This document shows positions 52,475 to 62,285 of a DNA stretch of 64,000 nucleotides, in pieces. Origin of the DNA: Ktedonobacteria bacterium. GTDB taxonomy: Bacteria; Chloroflexota; Ktedonobacteria; Ktedonobacterales; JACDGC01. The stretch lies in the NCBI GenBank assembly GCA_027459785.1, contig DAIDGU010000057.1:34150-98149 (forward strand). The letters are read 5' to 3'. Position 1 is the first letter of the stretch. Every line of letters starts with the position of its first letter. The notes beneath the pieces are model-generated. The model was not told the origin of the DNA and made no database searches. It worked only from the letters and a program-made list of their open reading frames with translations. The translations under genes were made by a program, and so were the position numbers.

Positions 52475-52782
52475 CGTGTCGTCCCTCCGCCATCATTGTC
52501 CCTTTCAGGTGTACTCCATCGCTGGCGATTTCTAGAGGGGCAAAGGTCACGAAGCGGGTGGGATGAAGGGCGGGATTCTTTTCAGAGGGACTATCGCACA
52601 AGTGGACTTGTGTACTCTCAAGAGATATCCTGGCTGCGCCGATGAACATGGGTACAACGGCGAAGGCAGCCGATGGCACGAGCGCCACACGTGTCGGTTG
52701 GCCAGCCCGCGCCGCGCGCACGATGCGCCAGACATCTAAACGCGCGGCGTGCCGCGCGGCCTTGAAAGGGGCGACGTGCAGT

Positions 52783-53085
52783 ATGCCCATGCCTTTACCG
52801 GTGCCTGATCCATCTGATGAGGATTGCGTTTGGGATAGTGCCTTTGACTTCGACGACGAGGCGGATGATCCGGTCGATCTGCTCCTGCCCGTCGATACGC
52901 CCCTGGCCGACCAACTGGCGCTGGACGACCTCTTCGACCAGGGTTTTACGTGGGAGGAGGGTTTGCGATTGTTGATTCTGCGCGAACACCTTTATGACGT
53001 GCCGGAAATGCGTGAGCGTGTCACCGGTGATCCCCATCTGCACTTCCTGCGCTGGCTGTATGATCGGGGGGTGTATTCGAGCTAG
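52783..53085 (+). CDS. hypothetical small acidic protein (100 aa)
   Basis: MPMPLPVPDPSDEDCVWDSAFDFDDEADD... GAAAGGGG upstream. The 5' part of the track ORF (from 52642) looks non-coding. Confidence 0.45.
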   Translation: MPMPLPVPDPSDEDCVWDSAFDFDDEADDPVDLLLPVDTPLADQLALDDLFDQGFTWEEGLRLLILREHLYDVPEMRERVTGDPHLHFLRWLYDRGVYSS

Positions 53086-53204
53086 GGCATGCCGGACGAG
53101 GTACGCCAGCAAACCGGCGACGCCGCCGGCACGCGCATCTGCCGGAAAGGCTGCACAGATCATGCTATGCTGGTGGAAGAACACGGATGAGCGAGGTGGT
53201 GGCG

Positions 53205-53891
53205 ATGAGTTTACTGACGAAGCGCGATATCATGAGCGTGATTGCGACGGGGGCGCTGGCCTTCACGCCGGAACTGGACGCCTTTCAGCTTCAGCCGCAC
53301 GCGGTGGATCTGCGGCTGGGCTTCACCTTTTTGGTGGCGCGGCGCTGGATCTTTAATCAGCTGGGGCGCATCGCCTTGCGGTCGGATCAGTTGGAAAGCG
53401 GCGCGGCGCTCTATGACACGATTGAGTTGGAACAAGGCCAGGTCTTCGATCTGTTGCCGGGTGAGGGCGTACTCGTCTCCACGCTGGAGGTGATCCGCAT
53501 GCCGGACGATCTGGTGGGGCAGATGTATCCGCGCTCGTCGGTGAACCGGCGCGGCCTGGCGGTGGACCTGAGCGGCATCATCGACGCCGGCTATGAGGGC
53601 AACTTGATCATCCCCGTGCGCAACAATGATCGCAGCGCGGTGGTGCGCCTCTATCCCGGCGAACGCTTCTGCCAGATCACCTTCACAGCACTTACGGGAC
53701 CGGTGGAGGTGCGTCGGAGTCGCTATCACCGCCGCGACATCGCCACGGGCGTGTTGCCGGAGCAAAACCAGGATGAGGTGCAATTGGTGCGCGCGGGTGA
53801 CATCACCGCGCTGAAGGCGCGCTACGGCATGACGCAGCCCCACCCCCCGGCCCCCTCCCCCGATGGAGAGGGGGAAAAGAACGGGAGTTAG
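53205..53891 (+). CDS. dCTP deaminase/dUTPase-superfamily protein (atypical)
   Basis: [18 protein letters not shown] and [11 protein letters not shown] match the family. The C-terminal 20 aa are encoded by a REP-like repeat. GAGGTGG RBS. Confidence 0.7.
   Translation: MSLLTKRDIMSVIATGALAFTPELDAFQLQPHAVDLRLGFTFLVARRWIFNQLGRIALRSDQLESGAALYDTIELEQGQVFDLLPGEGVLVSTLEVIRMPDDLVGQMYPRSSVNRRGLAVDLSGIIDAGYEGNLIIPVRNNDRSAVVRLYPGERFCQITFTALTGPVEVRRSRYHRRDIATGVLPEQNQDEVQLVRAGDITALKARYGMTQPHPPAPSPDGEGEKNGS
53837..53873. repeat. CCCCTCCCC-family REP-like unit inside the 3' end of the dcd-like ORF
   Basis: CCCCACCCCCCGGCCCCCTCCCCCGATGGAGAGGGGG, translated ...[13 protein letters not shown]... Confidence 0.65.
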
Positions 53892-54367
53892 CCGATGCGG
53901 CAGCTGGCGATGCCATGCTTCTCGTAGTAACGCTGGTGATATTCCTCGGCGCGATAGAACGTCGGGGTGGGAGCGATCTGCGTTACAATCGGCTTGGTAT
54001 AAATATGCGCGGCTTCCAGGTGCGCCTTGGATGCCAGCGCCGTCGCCTGCTGCTGCGGCGTGTGATAGAAGATGACGGAGCGATATTGATCGCCGACATC
54101 CGGCCCCTGGCGATTGAGTTGGGTGGGATCATGGTTTTCCCAGAAGACGTTCAATAGCTGTTCGTAGCTGACCTGTTGGGGATCGAATTCGACCTCCACG
54201 ACCTCGGCATGGCCGGTGGTGTGGCCGCACACATCGCGGTAAGACGGGTCGGTGGTGGTGCCGCCGGCGAAGCCGACTTGCGTGGCCACGACGCCCGGTA
54301 CCTGGCGAAAAGCCGCCTCCACATGCCAAAAACAGCCCGCGCCAAATGTTGCTTTTTCGGTTGCCAT
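53888..54367 (-). CDS. msrA: peptide methionine (S)-sulfoxide reductase
   Basis: [15 protein letters not shown] active-site motif and [12 protein letters not shown]. Confidence 0.9.
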   Translation of the reverse strand: MATEKATFGAGCFWHVEAAFRQVPGVVATQVGFAGGTTTDPSYRDVCGHTTGHAEVVEVEFDPQQVSYEQLLNVFWENHDPTQLNRQGPDVGDQYRSVIFYHTPQQQATALASKAHLEAAHIYTKPIVTQIAPTPTFYRAEEYHQRYYEKHGIASCRIG

Positions 54368-54523
54368 CGGTTGTACTGCTCCTTTACTAATCATACAGGA
54401 TGCCCTGCATACATTCTAGGATACAGTCGCGCAACCGGAAAGGATGTTACAAGGGATGGCGGGCGGGTGGGTGATGCGAGGGGGGACGGGGGACACGATA
54501 TATGGGGAACGGCGGGCGGGGAC

Positions 54524-54618
54524 GGCGGGCGGTTGAAACCGCGCCTAAGGGCGTGCCGCCACGAAGTCCACCTGCGTGGACTAGGATCCAAGCCTGCGAC
54601 GGCGGGTTTCGTGGTCGC
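54524..54618. repeat. REP unit (GGCGGGCGGTTGAAACCGCGCCTAAGGGC...AGTCCAC/CTGC/GTGGACT) with an extension
   Basis: The hairpin is identical to that of 44615..44677. A G-rich run precedes it. Confidence 0.75.
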
Positions 54619-54716
54619 ATAGCTCCATCGGCGCGCACATTGGTTTCAATCAATACCGCCCGCGTCTCCTGTGCATATTACCAGCTATAGTGTTGGCGCG
54701 AGGAACATGGATCGAG

Positions 54717-55031
54717 CTAGTGGCTGTGGGTATATTCGCTGGTCTGGTGCTGGCTGCCGTTCGCCTGGTAGTGCGGCGCTTGATAGGTGTTGGGTGAGGA
54801 GGGGTAGCCGCTGGTGCTGCGGGACTGGAGCTGTTCGGCATAGTCGCCGACGAACTGACGGGCGTTGTTGAAGACGGTGCCGAGGGCTTCGGCGCGCTGG
54901 CCGATGAATGTGCCGAACTGGCCCAATTGCTCACGGCCATCTTCGCGGGAGGCCATGACGGCCACGCCGACGCCGGCGGCGAGCGCGAGCAGCGCGGGGA
55001 TCCGGCGGATGAACGAGCGACGCTTCTGCAT
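54717..55031 (-). CDS. YtxH-like small membrane-anchored protein
   Basis: N-terminal transmembrane segment IPALLALAAGVGVAVMA followed by a helical region. Family call is weak. Confidence 0.45.
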   Translation of the reverse strand: MQKRRSFIRRIPALLALAAGVGVAVMASREDGREQLGQFGTFIGQRAEALGTVFNNARQFVGDYAEQLQSRSTSGYPSSPNTYQAPHYQANGSQHQTSEYTHSH

Positions 55032-55384
55032 AAGCGGAAAGGTTCCTTTCGCGGACGAAAATCAGGGGTGCGCCGCCACGCTTCTGGGGCATTTGCTGTG
55101 CCGCGCGACGGTACATCAGGAGTATGCCGCACGCGACCGGCGCTTGCGAAGGGCGGATCGTCCCCCATGTGCGGTCCCATCGGCCCGCGCCTTGATCGTA
55201 GGCTGGATCGCTTGCCGGATGTCCTGTTCAGCGAGCATCGTGGGTCGCATAAGACAGACGAAAACCGACTTGACCATCATCCTTTTGCTGCTGTGAACAG
55301 TAGTAAAAAGGGATGGGCGCTCCCGCGCGTCCGCGTGATATAATCTTGGCAGAGTGTCGTTGCCAACAAGGGGAACCAGCGATT

Positions 55385-56062
55385 ATGCAGACAGATTTAG
55401 GAACGAGCCTGGATGAAGGGCAGAACGCCGCAGAGATTTTACGCACCGCGCAACAGCCGGATGCCGAATTGCCGAAGGGCTGGACGGTTATCCCGCTCAA
55501 CCTGGCTACCGTGCGGCGCAACCTGCTTGGCTGGGTCGGTGGCGCGCTAGTCGGCTATGGCTTGTTCGCGCTGCTTTACCTGGCGGTGCGCGACGTGCTG
55601 ACGCCGCTCTCGCTATCGGGTTTGATCCTGGCGATCCTCGCCTTCATTGGTCTCGGCAGCACCTGGTTGGTTATCAAATACGTCCGCCTTTATGTTGGCC
55701 GCGCCCATCAGATCATCGTCATGACACCAGAGTTGTATGTGCAACAGCGTGGCGCAAACATCGTCAGCGTGCCGATGATCGACATCGAGCATATCACCCT
55801 GCGCGGTGTCTTTGGCGGCGATGCGTCGTATACGCAGATCGACGAACGCAACGTGAGCCACGCCGTCTTGGGTCTGGGCCAGATGCTGGGTGGTTCCCAG
55901 TCGCGTCGCGCCCGCCGCACGCCGGATTCCCTGGCCTTCGTCGATACGCGCAGCGCCAAACCTATCACCATCGCGGAAGATAATAGCTTCGCCGATCTGC
56001 CGGTGCTCGAAGAGTTACTGCGCACGTATGTCGATAACGCCCGTCGCGCCCGTAAGAACTGA
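55385..56062 (+). CDS. hypothetical membrane protein (2 TM plus a C-terminal domain; possibly bacterial PH-like)
   Basis: Two hydrophobic helices (WVGGALVGYGLFALLYL; LILAILAFIGLGSTWLV). Start at MQTDLG. Confidence 0.5.
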   Translation: MQTDLGTSLDEGQNAAEILRTAQQPDAELPKGWTVIPLNLATVRRNLLGWVGGALVGYGLFALLYLAVRDVLTPLSLSGLILAILAFIGLGSTWLVIKYVRLYVGRAHQIIVMTPELYVQQRGANIVSVPMIDIEHITLRGVFGGDASYTQIDERNVSHAVLGLGQMLGGSQSRRARRTPDSLAFVDTRSAKPITIAEDNSFADLPVLEELLRTYVDNARRARKN

Positions 56063-56173
56063 TCGGTTCCTTCGCCCTCGCTGCTGGCACGCGGCCCGAA
56101 CCGATCAGCGCACGGTGGGACGGTCGCGTGCTATTTTCGGTCAGCTACAGCAGAGAAGGAGCGATCTATCCTT

Positions 56174-57952
56174 ATGATCCGCGCTACCATCCAACGCATG
56201 ATCACCGCCGCCATCGCGGCGTTACACGAGCGGGGCGAATTCGCTCTGCCGGAGGCCGGCTTGCCCCTGGTGGAGATCGAGCGGCCCCAGCAAGCGCAGC
56301 ACGGCGATTACGCCACCACCATCGCGCTCAAACTGGCGCGGCCCCCGCAGTCGCGCGCCATCGCCGCGCAGATCGCCGCGTACCTGAACGAGACCGCGCC
56401 CCTCGTGCCGGCCTATGATCTCGTCGAGGCGGTCACGACGGCGGGGCCAGGCTTCATCAACGTGCGCCTGAAGCCGGAGTGGTTGCTGCGCCAGGCGCGT
56501 GCGCTCATCGAGGCCGGACCGGACGTGGGCGCGGTGGACGTGGGGCGCGGCAGCAGCATCAACCTCGAATTCGTCAGCGCCAATCCTACCGGGCCGGTCC
56601 ACATCGGCAACGGGCGCGGCGGCTTCATCGGCGACACGCTGGGCAACGTGCTGCGTGCTGCCGGTTACGCCGTCACCAAGGAATACTATTTCAACGACGC
56701 CGGCGCGCAGATCCAGAAGTTGGGCGGCTCGATTGAATATTACATGCGCCTGGCGCTGGGCCAGCCCGCCACGAAGCCGTTGGGGGCCGACGGCAAAGAA
56801 GAAGGCTATTTCGATAGCGAGGGCGACCCCGACGACACGTTCTATCAGGGTGTCGCGCGGCTGGTGCTGGCTGAAACCAACCAGGGCGCGGAGGTGCTGG
56901 ACCTGCCGGTGGACGCGCGCACGGCGGTGATCGGCAAACGCGCGGCACAGCATATCATCCAGAACATTCGCGCGACGATGCAGCGCCTGAACATCCAGTT
57001 CGACGTGTGGTTCAACGAAGCGTCGCTGGTGACGACCGGCGAGGTGCTGGCGGGCATCGAGACGTTGCGCGACGGCGGCTATCTCTTCCCGCAGGACGGC
57101 GCGACATGGATGGAGACGACCCGCTTCGGCGACGACAAAGACCGTGTCTTGATCAAATCCGATGGCGAGCGCACCTATGCTGCTTCGGACGTGGCCTATA
57201 TCCGCAACAAGCTCAATCGCGGTTTCGACCGCCTGATCTACGTGCTGGGGGCGGATCATCATGGCTACGTGGGGCGGCTGAAGGCGATGGCACAGATGTT
57301 TGGCTACACCGCCGACAAGGCGCATGTGTTGATCTATCAGCACGTGAACCTGAAGGTCGATGGCAAGTCGGAGCGGATGAGCAAGCGGCGCGGCAACGTC
57401 ATCACCCTCGACGACCTGGCCGACCTCGTCGGGCCAGACGTGATGCGCTTCTTCTACCTGATGCGCTCCGCCGATACGCACCTGGACTTCGATCTGGGCC
57501 TGGCGATGAAGCAGGGCGAGGAGAATCCGGGCTTGTCGGTGCAATATGGGCATGCGCGCGTGGCGGGCGTGCTGCGCAAAGCGGTGGAAGCCGGCTTCCA
57601 TCCTGAAAGCGAGGCGCTGAGCGCCGATCTGGCTGTGCTGACCAACGATCCGCCGGAGCAGCTCGCCGCCGAACTCGCTCTCATCCGCGAATTGCTGAAG
57701 CTGGAAGAGATCATCGAGCGCATCGCGCTTTCCCTGGAGCCGCATCACCTGACGAAATATGGTATGGATGTGGCGGCAGCCTTCCACGTCTTCTATGATC
57801 GCTGTCCGATGCTGCGCGCCGAGAGCGCCGAGGTGCGCAACGCTCGTTTCGCGCTGACGCTGGCCGCGCGCACGGTGCTGGCGCGCGTGCTCACCCTGCT
57901 GGGGATGGCCGCGCCGGACCGCATGGAGCGCGCCACCGACACAAGCGAATAA
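56174..57952 (+). CDS. argS: arginine--tRNA ligase
   Basis: SANPTGPVHIGNGRG (HIGH region) and a MSKRRGN (KMSK-like) motif. 592 aa. Confidence 0.95.
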   Translation: MIRATIQRMITAAIAALHERGEFALPEAGLPLVEIERPQQAQHGDYATTIALKLARPPQSRAIAAQIAAYLNETAPLVPAYDLVEAVTTAGPGFINVRLKPEWLLRQARALIEAGPDVGAVDVGRGSSINLEFVSANPTGPVHIGNGRGGFIGDTLGNVLRAAGYAVTKEYYFNDAGAQIQKLGGSIEYYMRLALGQPATKPLGADGKEEGYFDSEGDPDDTFYQGVARLVLAETNQGAEVLDLPVDARTAVIGKRAAQHIIQNIRATMQRLNIQFDVWFNEASLVTTGEVLAGIETLRDGGYLFPQDGATWMETTRFGDDKDRVLIKSDGERTYAASDVAYIRNKLNRGFDRLIYVLGADHHGYVGRLKAMAQMFGYTADKAHVLIYQHVNLKVDGKSERMSKRRGNVITLDDLADLVGPDVMRFFYLMRSADTHLDFDLGLAMKQGEENPGLSVQYGHARVAGVLRKAVEAGFHPESEALSADLAVLTNDPPEQLAAELALIRELLKLEEIIERIALSLEPHHLTKYGMDVAAAFHVFYDRCPMLRAESAEVRNARFALTLAARTVLARVLTLLGMAAPDRMERATDTSE

Positions 57953-58166
57953 AAAAGGACGAAGGGACGGGAACACGGAGGCCACGGAAAATATGCACGG
58001 AGGCCACGGAAGGAGGTGAGGCGGAACGCGAGTTGACACGAAATGCCCGCGAAATGACGCGATGTATACGCTTGCAATCATCTCGCGTTATTTCGTGTTC
58101 CGTCTCTCTTTTCTTCCTGTGTCTTCCGGGCAAGTTTCCGTGTTTTCCGTGTTCCCGTCTTTCTTT
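57953..58166. repeat. CACGGA-rich long imperfect inverted repeat (~215 bp)
   Basis: AAAGGACGAAGGGACGGGAACACGGAGGCCACGGAAA... pairs with ...TTTCCGTGTTTTCCGTGTTCCCGTCTTTCTTT. It shares CACGGAGGCCACNGAAA with 1928..2056. Confidence 0.65.
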
Positions 58167-58183
58167 AATGGGAGGGCTGAGCG

Positions 58184-58957
58184 ATGTTGCTGGCGATCGA
58201 TGTGAGCAATACGGGCATTAAGCTGGGGCTGTTTGAGGGGCGCGCGATGCGCGCCCGCTGGCGCGTGGCGACGGTCCGCGAGAAGACCGCCGACGAATAT
58301 GCCATGCTGCTGCTGGCGCTGTGCCAGAGCAAGGGCATCGCGTTGGACGCGATCGATGATGTGATCATCTCCAGCGTGGTGCCGCCGCTGACGCCCGTCA
58401 TGCAGCAGATGGCGCAGGGCTACCTGGGGCGCACGGCGCTCATCGTGGATCATCGCTCGCCGCTCGGCGTGGGACTGCTGACGGATAACCCGTGGGAGAC
58501 GGGGACGGACCGCATCCTGAGCGTGTTGGCGGCGAAAGAGATCTACAGTGTGCCGGCAGTGATCATCCAGTTCGGCACGGCGACGAGCTTCGACTGCGCC
58601 TCGCCGGAAGGCGACTTCCTCGGCGGGGTCATCGCGCCGGGGCTGGGCATCGCGGCGGAAGCGCTGGCACGCGCGGCCTCGCGGCTCTATCAGGTGGAAT
58701 GGACCGCGCCGCCGACGGTGCTGGGCAAGAACACCAGCCACACGATGCGTTCTGGCATTGTGTATGGTCATGCGGCGATGGTCGAGGGCATTGTGGCGCG
58801 GCTACGCCGCGAGATGCCGGGCGGCGAACGGGCCACGATCATCGCGCATGGTGGCCTGGCGGATGTCGTCGCCAGCGCCACGGATATCATCGACGTGCGC
58901 GCCCCCAACCTGCTGCTGGAAGGCTTGCAGCGGGCCTACGAACGTCTGCGTGGCTAG
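58184..58957 (+). CDS. coaX: type III pantothenate kinase
   Basis: MLLAIDVSNTGIKLGLF, GTDRI and FGTATSFD motifs. Confidence 0.9.
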   Translation: MLLAIDVSNTGIKLGLFEGRAMRARWRVATVREKTADEYAMLLLALCQSKGIALDAIDDVIISSVVPPLTPVMQQMAQGYLGRTALIVDHRSPLGVGLLTDNPWETGTDRILSVLAAKEIYSVPAVIIQFGTATSFDCASPEGDFLGGVIAPGLGIAAEALARAASRLYQVEWTAPPTVLGKNTSHTMRSGIVYGHAAMVEGIVARLRREMPGGERATIIAHGGLADVVASATDIIDVRAPNLLLEGLQRAYERLRG

Positions 58958-59108
58958 CCCGCGCCAAATAGGCTAACGCTATTGACCCTACTGCTATCGT
59001 ATATAGAGAGTGATCGATGGCTACGATGATTGTTTGCGTAGCAGAGGTTTTGGGAGCTATATTGGATGTACTCACGGGCAGGACGGTAGCGAACGGCAGA
59101 GGTGGAGT

Positions 59109-60386
59109 ATGGCGAAATATCACTGGCTGTTGCCCATGATGAAGGCGTTGATCATCGTCATCACCACTGTTGGGGCGACGCTGGCGACGCTCACGTTCGG
59201 CGCGACGCCGGCGCTGCATGCCGTCCGCCCGGTGCAGACGCCATCTACGCCGGCCTTTCCGGCGGATACAACCACAGGTATCCATCTGGGGTTGCCTTTC
59301 AATTACGCCATCGCACCCTCCGATGAGGTCGCGCCGGTGGATTACGTCTTCGGCTCGAATTATCCCCAGACGCCCAGCACCGTCTATAACACGTTTTATC
59401 AGCCATTTCAACGTGATGGCGACGCTACCCATTCGCTCACATGGTGGCAGACGCAGCATCCCGACTGGATCGCGTATCAGTGCGACCAGCAGACGCCGGC
59501 CTATGAATTTGGCGATAAGAACATGCCGCTGGATATCGCCAATCCAGCGGTACTGGCTTATCTGTTGCAAACAGCAATCATCCCTGCCATCAACAAAGGC
59601 TATCCGAGCATCGCCTTTGATAATGTCGGCCTCGACAACAGCGCGCAGCGTTGCGGGGTGTGGCAGCAACAGAGCGACGGCACTCGCGCCTGGCACCAGG
59701 AATACAGTGGCCAGTATCATGATCCCGCTTATGCGCAGACGGTGCTTGCCTGGGCAAAATATATGCGCCAGCAGATCGATACGTATGTGCAACAGCACGG
59801 GCTGTCGCGCGTCACTATCACGATGAATCTGAGTGAAGATTATGAGCATCCTGAAGATTTCGCTCTCCTCGCGCCCTATTTTGACATCGACTACAATGAG
59901 GCTGGCTTCACGAATTGGGGCAATGGGCCGGTGACGGGTGCTGACTGGCTGACGCTGGCGCAGGAAGTGCAGACGCTGGACGCGGCGGGCAAAGCGGTCA
60001 TTCTAAACGGCGAGGAGCCGCAAGCCACCAGTGCGATCACCACGGCACAGATCCAATGGATTCTCGCAAACTACTTGCTCGTCAAAGGCCACCATACGTA
60101 CACCTATATCTCAGGTATGATCAATAGTGGGAAGCAGCAAGACTACGGACGCCTGATCCTGTTCCCGGAATATTATGCGCCGGTCGGCGCGCCGCTGGCA
60201 CCGATGCAGGCCGACGGTGGTGTGTATCAGCGCGCGTATGCGCATGGCCTGGTGTTCGTCAATCCTTCCGCCACCACGACCTATACGGTGCAGTTGCCCA
60301 GTGCCTTTTATACCGATCTTTACGGTCAGGTGTACCAGGGATCGCTGACGCTGACCCCGGCCTCCGGCATCATCCTGTTGGGCTGA
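59109..60386 (+). CDS. secreted hypothetical protein, possibly a glycoside-hydrolase-like TIM barrel
   Basis: Signal/transmembrane segment MKALIIVITTVGATLATLTFGA. The motif KGYPSIAFDNVGLDN is reminiscent of GH114-like proteins. Weak call. Confidence 0.5.
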   Translation: MAKYHWLLPMMKALIIVITTVGATLATLTFGATPALHAVRPVQTPSTPAFPADTTTGIHLGLPFNYAIAPSDEVAPVDYVFGSNYPQTPSTVYNTFYQPFQRDGDATHSLTWWQTQHPDWIAYQCDQQTPAYEFGDKNMPLDIANPAVLAYLLQTAIIPAINKGYPSIAFDNVGLDNSAQRCGVWQQQSDGTRAWHQEYSGQYHDPAYAQTVLAWAKYMRQQIDTYVQQHGLSRVTITMNLSEDYEHPEDFALLAPYFDIDYNEAGFTNWGNGPVTGADWLTLAQEVQTLDAAGKAVILNGEEPQATSAITTAQIQWILANYLLVKGHHTYTYISGMINSGKQQDYGRLILFPEYYAPVGAPLAPMQADGGVYQRAYAHGLVFVNPSATTTYTVQLPSAFYTDLYGQVYQGSLTLTPASGIILLG

Positions 60387-60392
60387 GCTTTT

Positions 60393-60602
60393 TTATTGGT
60401 CGTCATCCGCGCCCGGCTCCGGCAACTGCGCCCAGAGGGTGTTGCTGGCTGGCATGACATTGATTGCACTGACGACGGGCCTGCCGGTCACGGCTTCGCT
60501 GGCTTCACGGGCGGCTTTGGCTGCGCGTGCGGCGATGTCGATATCACGGGCAATCTCTTCGCGCCCGTGCGAATCATGGATCTGATGCTCTTCCGTGGCC
60601 AA
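60393..60602 (-). CDS. hypothetical small protein (69 aa)
   Basis: ATG ORF with GC3-rich codons, convergent with the upstream gene. No family recognised. Confidence 0.35.
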   Translation of the reverse strand: MATEEHQIHDSHGREEIARDIDIAARAAKAAREASEAVTGRPVVSAINVMPASNTLWAQLPEPGADDDQ

Positions 60603-60897
60603 CGCCGATGAAAGTCCGGTGCTCGCTACACCGACGATGAACAGCTATGCTCGCTTTGAAAAGCAATTCACTCTTTCGTTGCTAGAAGTGAATTGCTCAT
60701 CCTGTCTGAGTTCCCTTTGATGAAAGCCCCTGCGGATGAGTTGAATAAAATAAATCGTGGCTCTCCGTCCTTTAAATCAAAGACAATGTATCTTGCTTGG
60801 CATCTGCTGATGTGAGATAAGCAATTGGCAATACTCAACTAAAAGATAGTAGTACCAATTCCACCCGGAAGGATGGAGACCCTAAATTATTCGCACA

Positions 60898-60926
60898 TTG
60901 AGGGGGGGATGCATTCCTGCTATAAT
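60898..60926 (+). promoter_or_regulatory. near-consensus sigma70-type promoter
   Basis: TTGAGG, a 17-nt spacer, then TATAAT. It lies in an AT-rich spacer upstream of the PHP gene. Confidence 0.5.
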
Positions 60927-61025
60927 CAGGGCAAAGGGACCAGATGGGATGTCGCCCCGGTAACTCGCGCACACCACATCCGCTGGCGCGAACCGGCAGA
61001 TAGCGACCAGAAAGAGAAACACTTC

Positions 61026-61802
61026 GTGTCTGATACATCGACAACGCCGCACATCGCCCCGTCCCCCGCTGCCACGCCGGAAGGCTGGTCGCGCGCGGAT
61101 CTGCACATTCACACCAATCTGGGCGACGGCACCGCCGGCCCGCGTCGCGTGGTGGAAGAAGCCGCCCGGCGCGGGCTGCGCGTCATCGCCGTCACGGATC
61201 ACGACCACCTGGACGGTGCCAAGCGCGTCGCGGACATCCTGGCCGCCGAGCAACTGCCCATCGATCTCATCATGGGATCAGAGGTGACGACGCGTAGCGG
61301 CCATTTCATCGGCCTCTTCCTGGAAAAGCGCATCAAGGCCGGCAAGTCGGTGGAATATGCCATCGATGCCATCAAGGAGCAGGGGGGCTTGTGCATCGCG
61401 CCGCATCCGCTGGGCTGGCTCGTCCCCAGCCTGAGCCGCCGCAAGATCGAGGATCTGCTCAATCGCGGCTTCGCCATCGACGGCATCGAACTGTATAATC
61501 CCTCGCCGGCCAACGCCTCGGAGCGTACTAAGGTCGCCGCGCTGAACCAACAGTGGGGTTTCGCCGCCGTCGGCAGCAGCGACGCGCACTTCTGGCAACA
61601 TATCGGCGCGGGCTACACGCTCTTCCCCGGCAGCACCGCCGCCGACCTGCGCCGCGCCATCGAGGAGCGCCAGACGCGCCAGGGCGGCCAGGAGGCCAAG
61701 CCCACGCCGTTGCCCATCCCCGCCTATGTCGCCCAGTGCGCCTGGAGCTGGTTCGTCGATCCGCCGCGCCGCACCCTGCGCGCCTGGCGCGACCCGGTGT
61801 AA
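61026..61802 (+). CDS. PHP-domain metal-dependent phosphoesterase
   Basis: ADLHIHTNLGDG, VTDHDH, APHP and SSDAH His/Asp motifs. A GTG start at 61026 lies downstream of the promoter; the track ORF starts at 60873. Confidence 0.75.
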   Translation: MSDTSTTPHIAPSPAATPEGWSRADLHIHTNLGDGTAGPRRVVEEAARRGLRVIAVTDHDHLDGAKRVADILAAEQLPIDLIMGSEVTTRSGHFIGLFLEKRIKAGKSVEYAIDAIKEQGGLCIAPHPLGWLVPSLSRRKIEDLLNRGFAIDGIELYNPSPANASERTKVAALNQQWGFAAVGSSDAHFWQHIGAGYTLFPGSTAADLRRAIEERQTRQGGQEAKPTPLPIPAYVAQCAWSWFVDPPRRTLRAWRDPV

Positions 61803-61828
61803 TCGGCCCTTGTTGGATAATCAATATG

Positions 61829-62008
61829 GGTAACGGAGGACAGACATTCCCCATAACTCTGGAGGATAAACATTCCTGTCTGTCACCCGATCACCTGGAG
61901 GACAGACATTCCTGTCTGTCACCCTTCCCCGGAGGACAAACATTCTCCCTCACCCCGGAGGACAAACATTCCTGTCTGTCCGGCCTTGATGACCACCGTC
62001 TGTCCCCG
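61829..62008. repeat. array of five GGAGGA(C/T)A(G/A)ACATTC(C/T)... units (25-36 bp), several with a GACAGAC/ATTCCT/GTCTGTC hairpin
   Basis: Units begin at about 61836, 61861, 61897, 61931 and 61957. The outer ends are collinear with the single element at 8853..8936. Confidence 0.8.
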
Positions 62009-62285
62009 CAACGGGTATACCTCGTCCTAGCCCGGAGGGGTTCCTTTTCCGAGCCGGGGGGTTTAACCCCCGGTGTGCTGGCGATGATGTGATCGGCCCC
62101 CGGTGTGCCGGCGACGATGGGAACGCTGCCCCCGACGGGGTATATCCGCCTTATTTTGTAAAACGGCATAATCGCGCCCATACACTGCCATGCGTGGGCC
62201 GGACATTCCTGTCCGCCGTGTTGGCCGGCCATGTGCGGACAAGCGTTGCCAGATAGGTGATTGGTATCCGGAGGAGGTAATTACC

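Noticed and set aside
52374-52790. 138-aa minus-strand ORF upstream of fliP, considered as a possible fliO-like partner.
   Set aside because: It overlaps the fliP 5' end out of frame, has no transmembrane helix typical of FliO and has no RBS. It is most likely spurious.
53205-53891. dCTP-deaminase phage-defence gene.
   Set aside because: It is a single small domain without the extra N-terminal domain seen in the defence deaminases I know. It is flanked by housekeeping genes (msrA), and no other defence genes are nearby. It is kept only as a low-interest note.
61829-62008. Possible CRISPR array, suggested by regularly spaced repeats.
   Set aside because: The units are 25-36 bp with only 2-12 bp of variable sequence between conserved parts, so there are no spacer-length unique segments. 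No cas genes are present. The same element occurs once at 8853 with matching ends, which fits a MITE/REP-like expansion.
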